Positions 1 to 10,137 of a DNA stretch of 64,000 bases are shown in pieces. Source of the DNA: a virus; IMG/VR virus record IMGVR_UViG_3300016471_000863; one strand, 5' to 3'. The notes beneath the pieces are model-generated. The model was given only the letters and a program-made list of their open reading frames with translations, had not been told where the DNA came from and ran no database searches. The stretch's first letter is position 1; every line of letters starts with the position of its first letter. The translations under genes and the position numbers were made by a program.

Positions 1-882
1 ACCGCAAACAGCAGCCTCTAGTAATGGCAATCCAAATCCTTCACCACGAGTTAGAGATACCAAAGCTTTTATTTTTGGATGCTTGTATAATCCAACAATC
101 TCTGCGCTCGTCATTTCTCCGTGTAGTAAATAAAATTTTGGACCTACACCCTTACGAGTTTCTGATATTAATTTTGTTAATACTGAAACGCAATTAATTT
201 CATCTAAAACTGTTTGCCTAGCCATATTTGTTTTTACAATGACTCCAACATTTGGATTATCAGCAAAAGCTTCATTAAACCATTTTATGGTATAAGGAAT
301 GTTCTTTCTGTCATTCTCTGGATTATTTCCCGTAAATTGAGAAAAAATTAAGAAATTAAAATCTGTTTCTAATTCAAGATCTGAAAGCGGAAGGAGCGTA
401 TTGTCCAAACATTCGGCAATAAAAGATTCTGGTACTACCTCTACCTTTGTAGTTACCTCTCCTGTGTTGGTTAAAACGCTTTTAACAAATTCAGAAGGCA
501 CAATAACTAAATCCATTCGATTAACTGCCGAAAGCCAGGCTGGGTTGCATTTATCTGCCTCTACAGCAGCAGTTAATCCAATGTTATATTCTGCTAGGAA
601 TGGATTCCATTCATTTGGTAACTGAAGCTGTAAACTTACGTCATAATGTGGTAGCTGTTTTGTGCTTTGCACAACTCTGCCAACTAAACCATCCTCTGCT
701 TCTGGATCTATTAACCATGGGGTTGCGCCCCAAGGTAACGGTTCGCAAACGACTTCTAAATCATTTCTAGAGTCTTGCAATTGAAAAAGCCAACGTGCTA
801 TTTGTCTAGCATGAACACCATAGCCACTCTGCGATAATAGCGGTGCTCTTAATATTACAACCTTTTTCTTATTCTCACTCAT
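1..882 (-). CDS. Glycosyltransferase, GT-B/GT4-like (runs off the left edge; not in ORF track)
   Basis: Reading from ATG at 882 gives MSENKKKVVILRAPLLSQSGYGVHARQIARW...GQFTGNNPENDRKN...LTRGEGFGLPLLEAAV, ending in the EGFG-x4-E GT4 motif; starts 2 nt after the stop of the upstream GT. Confidence 0.88.
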   Translation of the reverse strand, partial: MSENKKKVVILRAPLLSQSGYGVHARQIARWLFQLQDSRNDLEVVCEPLPWGATPWLIDPEAEDGLVGRVVQSTKQLPHYDVSLQLQLPNEWNPFLAEYNIGLTAAVEADKCNPAWLSAVNRMDLVIVPSEFVKSVLTNTGEVTTKVEVVPESFIAECLDNTLLPLSDLELETDFNFLIFSQFTGNNPENDRKNIPYTIKWFNEAFADNPNVGVIVKTNMARQTVLDEINCVSVLTKLISETRKGVGPKFYLLHGEMTSAEIVGLYKHPKIKALVSLTRGEGFGLPLLEAAVCG

Positions 883-884
883 GT

Positions 885-2339
885 TCACTTGGCTTTCCTT
901 TCAATTTTTTTTGCCGTAAATCCTGCTCTTATATTTTTATCTAAATCTATTAGATTTTGATCTATCGTTACTGATTTTGATGAATTTTGTACGGGTTTAT
1001 TCTGTGCCGAAGGCAATATTGGAATTAGCTTTTTAAGCTTCCATTTTTTATTTGATTTATTTTTAAATTTTTCTATTGTTTTTTCTAACGTATCATCCCA
1101 CTGTTTTACAATGGTTTCAAAATTAAATTCACTATCAACATAAGCAATATTCTTTTCTGCCAATTGCTTTTTCTCTTCTGGAGAAAGATCATGAATTTTT
1201 CGAAATGCACTAGCTAGTTCTTGAGTTCCGAAATAATCTTCATAGATATATGGAACTAGTTGCGAGCCAACTAAGCTTCTTTTTACTGCTTCTAAACCAA
1301 CGCCATGTTCCGTGCCATCTCTATGGTCTACTACTTGTCTAGTCATGCCACCGGTTTTTAATGCTATGATTGGTTTGCCGCACATCATTGATATCATAGT
1401 CGATAAACCAAATCCTTCATTTTTAGAAACGTTTACACAGCAATCAGTTATATTGTGTAATATATTCATTTCATTAAATTGAAGCCTTTGATTTGAAAAC
1501 CAAACATTGTTTTGTAATCCAAGTTGCTCAGACACCGCCAATAAATTTGGTCCTTCTGGATCGTTTGGATCTGTGTGCATGATTAACACAGCTTTCTTGT
1601 GTCCCTTTTCCTGTTCTAGACGATTTAAGAAAACTTTCCAAGAATCAAGCAAATCAGCAGGCATTTTACGAGTAGCATTACGATTTACCCACAGAACCTT
1701 AAACCAATCTGCCTTGTCTCCAAAATGCTGTTTTGATAGTTGTTGTTTTTGTTCCTCTGGCAAAGGAAAATAAACATTCTTTGGAAATGCATGTGGAATG
1801 TAGTGTGTTTTATCCGGAAAATTTGGCTTTACTAATTCGTATGTTTTATACGATAAACAATTTATAAGATCAGTGCTTTCATACCATGGAAAATTAAATT
1901 TTGGATATGGATCATTATCCCAAACATGCCAGTAAGTAATTGGACAAATTTGTTTTATTTCATCTGCCATTTCCCAAACCCAAATAAATTGTCTTGGATC
2001 TGTGAAAAGTAAAAGCGCATCTGGTTTTTCAGCATATAATATGCTTTTTAACATATCTTTATTGCCAAAACCATCTACAGGTTTAATAACAAAATCTGGG
2101 TTTACGGCAATTGTATCGTAATTGGCGTGCTTAATTGCTCCGCCAAGGCAGCGGAATGAATACTTGCCAGTTTTTATTAAACCCTCTATTAAGAATCTTG
2201 CTTGAACACCTACTCCAGAAGGAGCCAATGGATGATCTGATAGAACTACTATTTTTTTCTTTTTTACCGGTTTTATGAAAAAGTCTTCATCATCCAATAA
2301 TGATGAATCATTCGTAAGCAAACTCTCTTGTTCAGACAT
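885..2339 (-). CDS. Glycosyltransferase family 4-like
   Basis: SDHPLAPSGVG N-terminus, NRNATRK, NEGFGLSTMISMMCGKPII; resembles the adjacent partial GT. Confidence 0.9.
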   Translation of the reverse strand: MSEQESLLTNDSSLLDDEDFFIKPVKKKKIVVLSDHPLAPSGVGVQARFLIEGLIKTGKYSFRCLGGAIKHANYDTIAVNPDFVIKPVDGFGNKDMLKSILYAEKPDALLLFTDPRQFIWVWEMADEIKQICPITYWHVWDNDPYPKFNFPWYESTDLINCLSYKTYELVKPNFPDKTHYIPHAFPKNVYFPLPEEQKQQLSKQHFGDKADWFKVLWVNRNATRKMPADLLDSWKVFLNRLEQEKGHKKAVLIMHTDPNDPEGPNLLAVSEQLGLQNNVWFSNQRLQFNEMNILHNITDCCVNVSKNEGFGLSTMISMMCGKPIIALKTGGMTRQVVDHRDGTEHGVGLEAVKRSLVGSQLVPYIYEDYFGTQELASAFRKIHDLSPEEKKQLAEKNIAYVDSEFNFETIVKQWDDTLEKTIEKFKNKSNKKWKLKKLIPILPSAQNKPVQNSSKSVTIDQNLIDLDKNIRAGFTAKKIERKAK

Positions 2340-2415
2340 TTTTTCTAACTCCTAAGTGTTATTCAAAATATAACTTCTTGGTAGAAAAATGTTCAAAGAA
2401 ACACTAATTAGTTTT

Positions 2416-4623
2416 TTACTTTTTAGAGCCTTGCTGTTTCGCTAGATCGGCTTCATACATTAGAATTGCTAATTCTTTAAATGTAGTCTTTGGCTCCCAT
2501 CCCAAAATTCTTTTTGCTTTTGAAGCATCTCCTAACAATAGAGGAACTTCATGTGGACGAAATAATCTCCGATCAATCTTTACATGCTTCTCAATATCTA
2601 ATCCAGCGTGATTAAAAACTACTTCAAGAAATTCTCGTACTGTATGAGTTTCGCCAGTAGCAATAACATAATCATCGCCCTTTGGCTGTTGAAGCATTAG
2701 CCACATTGCTTCAATAAAATCTTTTCCATATCCCCAGTCACGTTTTGCTTCAAGATTGCCAAGATATAACGATTCCTGTTTTCCTAATTTTATATTAGCA
2801 GCAGCAATAGTAATTTTACGTGTTACAAAAGTTTCACCTCTTACTGGTGAATTGTGAACATGTGACAATCCCACTCCACAATGAAATGTACCAGATTCGG
2901 TTTCCAAATCATAAAACCAACCATCATATTCGTTTAATGAAATTATTTTCTTAACTTCATTTGATTTGATTTTTTTATGATGTATACCTTGTGGTATATA
3001 TCCACGGCTAATTTTCTGAATAAACTTTCTAGAAGCAACTCCATCTCTTGCAATCTTTCTTATGGGATTTCCAGACTCTATTTGTTTCTTAACTTCTAGA
3101 TATTTTGAATATGATCTTGATAAGCTTGACTTGCCATCAGAAAGACAATTTATATGATAATATATTTTGCTTCTCCCGTTCCTTTTTTCCGCTGTTACAT
3201 TAAAATCTTGCCCAGTAACAGATTTTAAAAGATATATCAAGCCAAGACCTAAAGTTGGAGAATTGGTTGTAAAACTCTTATATGAGTAAGTACATGAATT
3301 TTTCTTTAATCCATCTCCTTCGTTATATCCGTCAAGAAATGCCTTCTGCACTTCAGTATTAGAATTCAATATCCATTTAGGTATTTTTTTACTGCCATTT
3401 TCCGTATAAAGATCATGTGCATATGCATTTATCCAAGACCTGGCTCCATTTAAATTTAATTGCCAAATATTTTTAATACCAGTAAATCCAGATTTGGATA
3501 AATACCAAGAAGTTTTAGATTCTGTTGATATAGTCATCCAGATTTGTTCGTATTTTTCTAATATGTCTTTTTCTTTTCCAGTTAATCTAATTGCCGTTGG
3601 TTTACTTATATTACCTTCAGCAACAATAAATCCTAAAAGCTTTGCATTTATAATTTGTATATCGTTGCCTTCAGAAGAAATAGATTTAGGAATCACGTTA
3701 ACAACAGAAACCAAATCACCTTTTTCAATTTTGTCAAAATCTTTCGATTCACCATCCATCATTATATGAGGATGATTTCCGGTTGCAGAAACACAACCAT
3801 GAGCAACGTTTATTAAAGTTGTATTTTTATTTTCAATATCTGGTAAATGAGGATATCCAGATGCCCATGTTACTTTGGTCCAACCTTTTTGGTCCCAAAC
3901 TTGCAGATCAGTGTCAACGTGAGTTTGCTGATAAAATTTTTCACTTTCATTTATAGCTTGTTTTAAATCTTTTCTACTGTGATAACGAACTATTTCTGAT
4001 ATGGGCTTAATATCTATTTCTTCTTTTGAGCCTAATTTAAATATTAAAGGCATATCTCCGGTTATCGTTTCATGGTTGAATAAAATTCCGCAAGATATAT
4101 GAAGCCCGTAACCTTCACGATAATTACGGCAAAGGTTATGAGCATATAACTTGGCACAAGCATATGGAGAAGCTGGTGTCATGCGTGTCTCTTCATTCTG
4201 TGGAACACTAACGTTATCTCCATACATCTCCGAAGATGATGCTTGATAGAAACGTGCCTCCGGACAGATTAGCCTATAAGCTTCCAGAAGCTTCAAGGTG
4301 CCTCCACCTACTACGTCCAGGGTTTCCTCCGGAACTTCAAATGAAACCCTTACATGGCTCTGTGCAGCGAGGTTATATATCTCGTCGGGCTTATACTTGG
4401 TAAGAAGAGAATAGATAGAACTTGAATCGGTCATATTGCCATATTCAAGTTTAAAGTTTGGGTGACTAAATATCTCCATGTCATCAAGACGATCTGTTGT
4501 TATAAGAGAAGTACGTCGCTTCATACCTATAACACGATAACCTTTATCAAGAAGTAGCTTTGCTAAATAAGAACCATCCTGACCTGTTACGCCAGTTATA
4601 AATGCAGTCTTTTGTGTTGACAT
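2416..4623 (-). CDS. gmd: GDP-mannose 4,6-dehydratase with intein
   Basis: ITGVTGQDGSYL, NLAAQSHV, QASSSE, YACAK, GILFNHE / SPVRGETFVTRKIT, GNLEAKRDWG; 406-aa insertion between NHE and SP. Confidence 0.97.
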   Translation of the reverse strand: MSTQKTAFITGVTGQDGSYLAKLLLDKGYRVIGMKRRTSLITTDRLDDMEIFSHPNFKLEYGNMTDSSSIYSLLTKYKPDEIYNLAAQSHVRVSFEVPEETLDVVGGGTLKLLEAYRLICPEARFYQASSSEMYGDNVSVPQNEETRMTPASPYACAKLYAHNLCRNYREGYGLHISCGILFNHETITGDMPLIFKLGSKEEIDIKPISEIVRYHSRKDLKQAINESEKFYQQTHVDTDLQVWDQKGWTKVTWASGYPHLPDIENKNTTLINVAHGCVSATGNHPHIMMDGESKDFDKIEKGDLVSVVNVIPKSISSEGNDIQIINAKLLGFIVAEGNISKPTAIRLTGKEKDILEKYEQIWMTISTESKTSWYLSKSGFTGIKNIWQLNLNGARSWINAYAHDLYTENGSKKIPKWILNSNTEVQKAFLDGYNEGDGLKKNSCTYSYKSFTTNSPTLGLGLIYLLKSVTGQDFNVTAEKRNGRSKIYYHINCLSDGKSSLSRSYSKYLEVKKQIESGNPIRKIARDGVASRKFIQKISRGYIPQGIHHKKIKSNEVKKIISLNEYDGWFYDLETESGTFHCGVGLSHVHNSPVRGETFVTRKITIAAANIKLGKQESLYLGNLEAKRDWGYGKDFIEAMWLMLQQPKGDDYVIATGETHTVREFLEVVFNHAGLDIEKHVKIDRRLFRPHEVPLLLGDASKAKRILGWEPKTTFKELAILMYEADLAKQQGSKK
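2851..4068 (-). mobile_element. Intein with LAGLIDADG endonuclease in Gmd; first residue Thr
   Basis: Starts TITGDMPL, block B ATGNH, endonuclease motifs LLGFIVAEG and FLDGYNEGDG, block F WFYDLET, ends VHN before Ser; removal restores NHESP. Confidence 0.92.
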
Positions 4624-5570
4624 TATATTCCTCTTATATTCGGATATGCTATCTTAAACCAATCACAGGTCTTCTTTAAAGCAATATCAAATGGAGTATA
4701 GTCTTCTACACACCAGCTTGTCTTTTCTAATAATCTTTTATTTGACGAAGGTTTTCTGAATTGTCCTGATGGTTTATCTGTATTAAAAACTAATTTGCCA
4801 TCGTATTCAAGATATTCAACAAGCCGCTTTGCTACAGAAGCTATCGAGTGTTCTTCTGTGTTCCCGATATTGAGCGGGTGTTCTTCATTGTATTCTTCTG
4901 AGACTTTAATGAGTATACGGGCAATATCTCCAGCATAAGTAAACTCTCTTAGGGGGCGACCGTCTCCCCATATTTCTACAGTAGGTTTGTTGTTGAGTTT
5001 GGCTTCCCATATTTTTCTCATAAGAGCTGGGATAACATGACCATCTTCCAAATGGAAATTATCATGCTCGCCAAATAGATTATTTGGAATGACGGTAACA
5101 TAGTTGACTCCATACTGCTTACGATAAGCCCTCGTCTGCACATCTAGCATCCTTTTAGCATAAGCATAGCCAAAGTTGCTATCATGTGGTGGTCCAAGGT
5201 GTAACTGATCTTCTGTGAGCGGATAGGAGACGTATGGAGCATCTGGATAGACACAGGTTGATAATACGGAAACTACTTTTGGCACATTGAAAAACAAACA
5301 TGAACTTAAGACGTTTGTATTGATAGCAATATTTTGATCATAAAAGCTGCCAACAAATTCTGTGTTTGCTTTTACGCCGCCGACACGAGCAGCCAAATGA
5401 TATACGCAATCAATCTTGCTGTTTGCAATGTAGCTATCTACATTTTCTTTATTGGTCAGATTTAATATATCTGAACCAGGGCTTAGTATTAGTTTTGATT
5501 GGTCTGTCAATTCTTTGATTAATGCAAAACCCAACATTCCTCTTCCGCCGCTAATAAATATATTTTTCAT
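4623..5570 (-). CDS. fcl: GDP-L-fucose synthase
   Basis: GGRGMLG, HLAARVGG, STCVYP, YAYAKR, HVIPAL, WGDGRPLREF; adjacent to gmd. Confidence 0.93.
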   Translation of the reverse strand: MKNIFISGGRGMLGFALIKELTDQSKLILSPGSDILNLTNKENVDSYIANSKIDCVYHLAARVGGVKANTEFVGSFYDQNIAINTNVLSSCLFFNVPKVVSVLSTCVYPDAPYVSYPLTEDQLHLGPPHDSNFGYAYAKRMLDVQTRAYRKQYGVNYVTVIPNNLFGEHDNFHLEDGHVIPALMRKIWEAKLNNKPTVEIWGDGRPLREFTYAGDIARILIKVSEEYNEEHPLNIGNTEEHSIASVAKRLVEYLEYDGKLVFNTDKPSGQFRKPSSNKRLLEKTSWCVEDYTPFDIALKKTCDWFKIAYPNIRGI

Positions 5571-6559
5571 TGTTTGCTTGAAAGTTGAGCACTAATCCAA
5601 AGATATGTTTTTTCCAATCCATATGCTAACGGTTGAGATACCTTCCAACCAATTTTTTCTTCATATAGTCTATTATCTGAATTTCTTCCTCTAACTCCTA
5701 TTGGTCCTGGAATATGTTTTATTTTTATTTCTTTTTTTGCAATATTAGAAATAATCTCAACAAATTGATTAATGCTTACCATTTCTTCGGAACCAATATT
5801 AACTGGTCCAATAAAATCCGAAGCCATTAAACGCAATACAGCTTCAACACATTCATCAATGTATAAAAAGCTTCTTGTTTGTTCGCCATCGCCCCAAACT
5901 TCTATAGTGCCACCATTTTCAGAGGCAGCAACTTTTCTACAAAGAGCTGCTGGAGCTTTTTCTTTTCCATTATTCCATGAACCATATGGTCCAAAGATAT
6001 TATGGAATCTCGCTATTCTTACATCAAGACCATAATTTCTATTATAAGCAAGATATAGGCGTTCACTAAATAATTTTTCCCAGCCATATTCGCTATCTGG
6101 TGCGGCCGGATATGCACTATCTTCTGAGCATTTAGGATTTTCTGGGTCTTCCTGATTGTAGGCTGGGTACATACAGGCAGACGATGAGTAGAAAATTTTT
6201 GGACGCTTTTTAAATTTTACTGCCGTATCAGCCACATTAAGATTTATTGTAGCAGAATTATGCATTACATCGGCGTCATGTTCGCCGGAAAATATATAAC
6301 CAGCGCCGCCCATATCTGCTGCCAATTGATATACTTCATCAAATCCTTCTGTAAATTTTTCACCAACAGACATTGATCGATAAACTTCTTCAGGATTTCT
6401 TAAATCAGCAATGAAAAATTCATCAGCGATAGAACGAATGTTTGTATATTCATGTTCTTTTATATCAACGCCACGAACCCAATATCCAAGTTCCTTAAGA
6501 CGTTTTACCAAATGACCACCAATAAATCCACCTGCTCCACACACCAATGCTTTTTTCAT
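5567..6559 (-). CDS. GDP-mannose 3,5-epimerase-like NAD-dependent epimerase
   Basis: GAGGFIG, LAADMGGAGYI, SSSACMYP, YGWEKL, EKAPAALCRK, GVRGRNSDN, as in the GME subfamily. Confidence 0.85.
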   Translation of the reverse strand: MKKALVCGAGGFIGGHLVKRLKELGYWVRGVDIKEHEYTNIRSIADEFFIADLRNPEEVYRSMSVGEKFTEGFDEVYQLAADMGGAGYIFSGEHDADVMHNSATINLNVADTAVKFKKRPKIFYSSSACMYPAYNQEDPENPKCSEDSAYPAAPDSEYGWEKLFSERLYLAYNRNYGLDVRIARFHNIFGPYGSWNNGKEKAPAALCRKVAASENGGTIEVWGDGEQTRSFLYIDECVEAVLRLMASDFIGPVNIGSEEMVSINQFVEIISNIAKKEIKIKHIPGPIGVRGRNSDNRLYEEKIGWKVSQPLAYGLEKTYLWISAQLSSKQ

Positions 6560-7389
6560 TTTTGCTTCTCCATAAAATCTATAATTTTCTTAATTCCTTC
6601 TTTTAAATTAATTTCTGGTTTCCAAAATTTCAACACATATTCATCTGGCTCATTTCTCTTGTCTTTTTGAACCGTATCTTTTGATTCTGCCGGAGTTATT
6701 TTTACTCCGCCAAAATTTTCCGAAATAGCTTCTGCTACATCTAGTATTGTATTCCATTTAAAATTTGTTATATGGTATTCTTTTTTTCTTTCCAAAGAAT
6801 CATATAATTTACTTAAAATAAGTAAAGCATTTGCACAATCATCTGCGTGTAAAAACTGTCTTACTTCTGTCCCATCAGTAAGCATTTTTATTTCTTTTTC
6901 ATTTTTCGCTTTTAAAATAAAATCAGTTATGACATGTGATTTTTCCAAATTTTTTTCTGGTCCGTATACATTCCAAAATTTTACAGTAATTCCATTTAAT
7001 GAATCGGTATATCTTTCTCCAATTGCTTTTGCTACACCATATGGTGAATATGACATATTGGACATTTGACTTGATGCGAAAATAAATGGTTTTTTATATC
7101 GATCTAATAATTCAAAAGTATTTGACATTAACTTTACATTATTATGAAGAAATTCAAAAGTATGCTGATACTTTGATAGATATCTTGAACCTCCAACATC
7201 AAATGCCAAGAAAAACACAAAATCTGCATCTCGAATATACGTTTCTAGCAAAATATTTTTATCAATTCTTAAATCTTTTAAAGAATCATCTTCTATATCA
7301 AATTCTAAAACTTGATAATTTCTTTCTTTTAAGAAATTAACTAATGGATAACCTATTTGACCAGCAGATCCAAGAACCAAGTATTTCAT
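6556..7389 (-). CDS. NAD-dependent epimerase/dehydratase (extended SDR)
   Basis: GSAGQIG, FASS, YGVAK, NVYGP, RQFLH. Confidence 0.88.
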   Translation of the reverse strand: MKYLVLGSAGQIGYPLVNFLKERNYQVLEFDIEDDSLKDLRIDKNILLETYIRDADFVFFLAFDVGGSRYLSKYQHTFEFLHNNVKLMSNTFELLDRYKKPFIFASSQMSNMSYSPYGVAKAIGERYTDSLNGITVKFWNVYGPEKNLEKSHVITDFILKAKNEKEIKMLTDGTEVRQFLHADDCANALLILSKLYDSLERKKEYHITNFKWNTILDVAEAISENFGGVKITPAESKDTVQKDKRNEPDEYVLKFWKPEINLKEGIKKIIDFMEKQK

Positions 7390-7412
7390 TTTTTCCTCTT
7401 GATTATTTAATT

Positions 7413-8573
7413 TTAATCATTCAACCATTCTTGCAACCATTTTTCATTTGATTCTATCGTTAGATTATCATTTACAACTTTTTCATAAATTTGAATTATT
7501 TGATTTATGATTTTATCAAATGAATATTTTTCTTGAAATCTTCTTTTTGCGTTTTTCGAAAGGAGATTTCTGAGTTCTGAATTATTTTTATAATTCTTTA
7601 ACTCTTCAGTGTATTTTTCATATGTTTCGTGAACGATACCCGCATCTCCAATTGTTTCAATATGACCATTGGCATTTAAACCATTATGACTAATAATGGG
7701 CAATCCAAAATATAAAGCTTCTGCTATTGATTGCGAATTTATTTCACCGTCTTTTCTGCCATGCAGATATACATCCAATGTATTTAAAAATTTATATACA
7801 ATATTCATGTCACCAGAAAACGGAATATGAATAAAATTATTCAATTTTAATTCTTTTGCTTGTTGAATATGTTTTTCACTGCCACCAAGTAATACAAAGA
7901 TGTTGTTGTCATCAGGTAACTCAGAAAAAGCTTTTAATGGCCACGATGAAAATATGTTTTCATCATTTCTTTGATGTAATCCAACTATAAATTTATTTTC
8001 AATACCAAATTCTTTTTTAAAAGATTCTTTTGATATTATATTTGGAATTTTTATTGGCAAATAAATAACTTCTGCTTTTGATGGATTTCCGCCATTTTTA
8101 ATCCAAATATTTTTATTCCATTCACTAACATGAATAACTTTTGCAATGTTCTGTTGATTGTCAACCATTCCTGGTAAATGAATGCTGTCTATTATTGGAG
8201 TATTTGTAATTTTAGTAAATGGATACTCTGAGTGTCCTGCCCGACCTGTCTGAATAAGATCATAATTTTTTTCATTAAATTTTTCCCAAAAATCGGTATC
8301 GATCCAATCGTGAGTCGGAACGGTTATATTTTTATATTTTACATTAAATTTAATTAAATTGACATTATTTTCTTGCATGTATTGTAATCTATTTGAATCG
8401 GTATCTGCATGTTTATAATCAGATCCAAGATACGGAGCGGCATCACAATAAAAATAATCTACAATAAATTTTTCTTTAGGAAGATTTGCTGCGATTTGCT
8501 GGAGGTACTTTTCGGTGCCTCCAGCGGCTAATCCACCAAACTTAATAAAAGCTATTTTTATTTTTCTATTCAT
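7413..8573 (-). CDS. Glycosyltransferase family 4-like
   Basis: AGGTEK N-terminus; GEINSQSIAEALYFGLPII (E-x7-E). Confidence 0.87.
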   Translation of the reverse strand: MNRKIKIAFIKFGGLAAGGTEKYLQQIAANLPKEKFIVDYFYCDAAPYLGSDYKHADTDSNRLQYMQENNVNLIKFNVKYKNITVPTHDWIDTDFWEKFNEKNYDLIQTGRAGHSEYPFTKITNTPIIDSIHLPGMVDNQQNIAKVIHVSEWNKNIWIKNGGNPSKAEVIYLPIKIPNIISKESFKKEFGIENKFIVGLHQRNDENIFSSWPLKAFSELPDDNNIFVLLGGSEKHIQQAKELKLNNFIHIPFSGDMNIVYKFLNTLDVYLHGRKDGEINSQSIAEALYFGLPIISHNGLNANGHIETIGDAGIVHETYEKYTEELKNYKNNSELRNLLSKNAKRRFQEKYSFDKIINQIIQIYEKVVNDNLTIESNEKWLQEWLND

Positions 8574-8576
8574 TAT

Positions 8577-9221
8577 TTACTTTCTAATTCCTATATAAAA
8601 TGAATTTATTGAATCTCTAACTTTGTTTCGGAAAGGATATGCTGTTACATTTCTTTTATCTAAAATTTTTTGTTTCCAATGTGATTCGGAAAAAACAGAC
8701 TGGTGTAAATGAATAACATTTCCTTTGCTGTCTATTCTATCATCTGGACCTAGATTTATACTAGCAATAAAAATACCATCTGGTTTTAATTTTGATATTA
8801 TATTTTCAAAAAAAACTTCTAAATGATCTGGATGAATATGTTCTACGACTTCCCATGCAGATATTAAATCAAATAAAATTTCATCTTCTTTTTCATCTAC
8901 TACTTTAAATGTTTTTGTTAAATCTGCTGTCCATAAAACATTTTGATAATGTGCAGGCCAATTAAATTGTTTATTTTTAATATTGTAATCGCTTCCTTCA
9001 ATTCCAAATGATAAATGACCCCTATTGTGAAAATCAACAGCCAATTGACCACCGGCACATCCAATGTCCATTATGTTTATTTTTTTGTTTTGAAAGTATG
9101 ATTCTACTTCTTCTATGTAGCCAGAATGCGTTGAATTATCATTTTTTGTTCCTACTGGAAATATATGGTCTGGCGACGTTATTGCAACTGGAAAATCTGT
9201 TATTACTTTATAATGTTTCAT
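8577..9221 (-). CDS. Class I SAM-dependent methyltransferase
   Basis: MDIGCAGG, FDLISAWEVVEHI, LKPDG. Confidence 0.88.
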   Translation of the reverse strand: MKHYKVITDFPVAITSPDHIFPVGTKNDNSTHSGYIEEVESYFQNKKINIMDIGCAGGQLAVDFHNRGHLSFGIEGSDYNIKNKQFNWPAHYQNVLWTADLTKTFKVVDEKEDEILFDLISAWEVVEHIHPDHLEVFFENIISKLKPDGIFIASINLGPDDRIDSKGNVIHLHQSVFSESHWKQKILDKRNVTAYPFRNKVRDSINSFYIGIRK

Positions 9222-10131
9222 TTTTAATACTTTCTATAAGATATTTCTTTAAATCAAAAATTGAATAGGTATTTTTACCTAACATTTTTTTTAATTTAGA
9301 TATGTCCGCTAAAGTAGTTTTAGGTTCTATTCTTGGTGAAATATACTCTATTTTTGATTCATCACTACAAATCCATCGAGCAGCAACATTTAATTCGTAA
9401 TTTTTACCGGAGCCAACATTAAAAACACTGAAACCTTCAGGAGCATTAAAAGCTGCGCCATAATTTGCTTCCGCTACATTTAATACATTTACAAAATCTC
9501 TAGTTTGTTTACCGTCACCAGTAATTGTTAAATTTTTTCCTTGTTTGTATTGCCTTAGCCAGATTCCTATTACGGGAACATATGCACCTTCTGTTGGTTC
9601 TCTATTTCCATAAACATTAAAATATCTTAAACAGCAAATATTCATTTTATATAATTCACAAAATAATTTTGCGTATTGTTCTCCGTGAAGTTTTTGCAAT
9701 GCATATGGACTCATTGGATTCAATTCTGCATTTTCATCAGTAGGATGATATTTTGGTTCTCCGTAAACTGATGATGATGAAGAAAAAACAATATTTTTAA
9801 CATTATGTTTTTTACAAGCCATAAAAACATTTAACGTGCCATTTACATTTATATTATTAAACAATATTGGATCTTTTATGGAAGGTTCAACTCTGGGCAA
9901 TGCAGCCAAATGCCAAACATGAGTTGCATCTTTGAAATGAGGCTCTATTTCTTCGTAATTTGTTATGTCGGCAACTATTAATTTTGCTTTTGAATTTATA
10001 TTTTCTTTTTTTCCAGTAGATAAATTGTCTATAACAACTATCTCGTTCCACTTGCGTTCGCCATTTACGATATAATCAACTACATTACTACCAATAAAAC
10101 CTGCTCCACCAACTATAATAGCTTTAGACAT
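9208..10131 (-). CDS. NAD-dependent nucleotide-sugar epimerase (GalE/WbpP-like)
   Basis: GGAGFIGS, DNLSTG, HLAA, SSSSVYG, SPYALQK, RYFNVYG, GDGKQTRDF. Confidence 0.9.
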   Translation of the reverse strand: MSKAIIVGGAGFIGSNVVDYIVNGERKWNEIVVIDNLSTGKKENINSKAKLIVADITNYEEIEPHFKDATHVWHLAALPRVEPSIKDPILFNNINVNGTLNVFMACKKHNVKNIVFSSSSSVYGEPKYHPTDENAELNPMSPYALQKLHGEQYAKLFCELYKMNICCLRYFNVYGNREPTEGAYVPVIGIWLRQYKQGKNLTITGDGKQTRDFVNVLNVAEANYGAAFNAPEGFSVFNVGSGKNYELNVAARWICSDESKIEYISPRIEPKTTLADISKLKKMLGKNTYSIFDLKKYLIESIKNETL

Positions 10132-10137
10132 ATTTCC

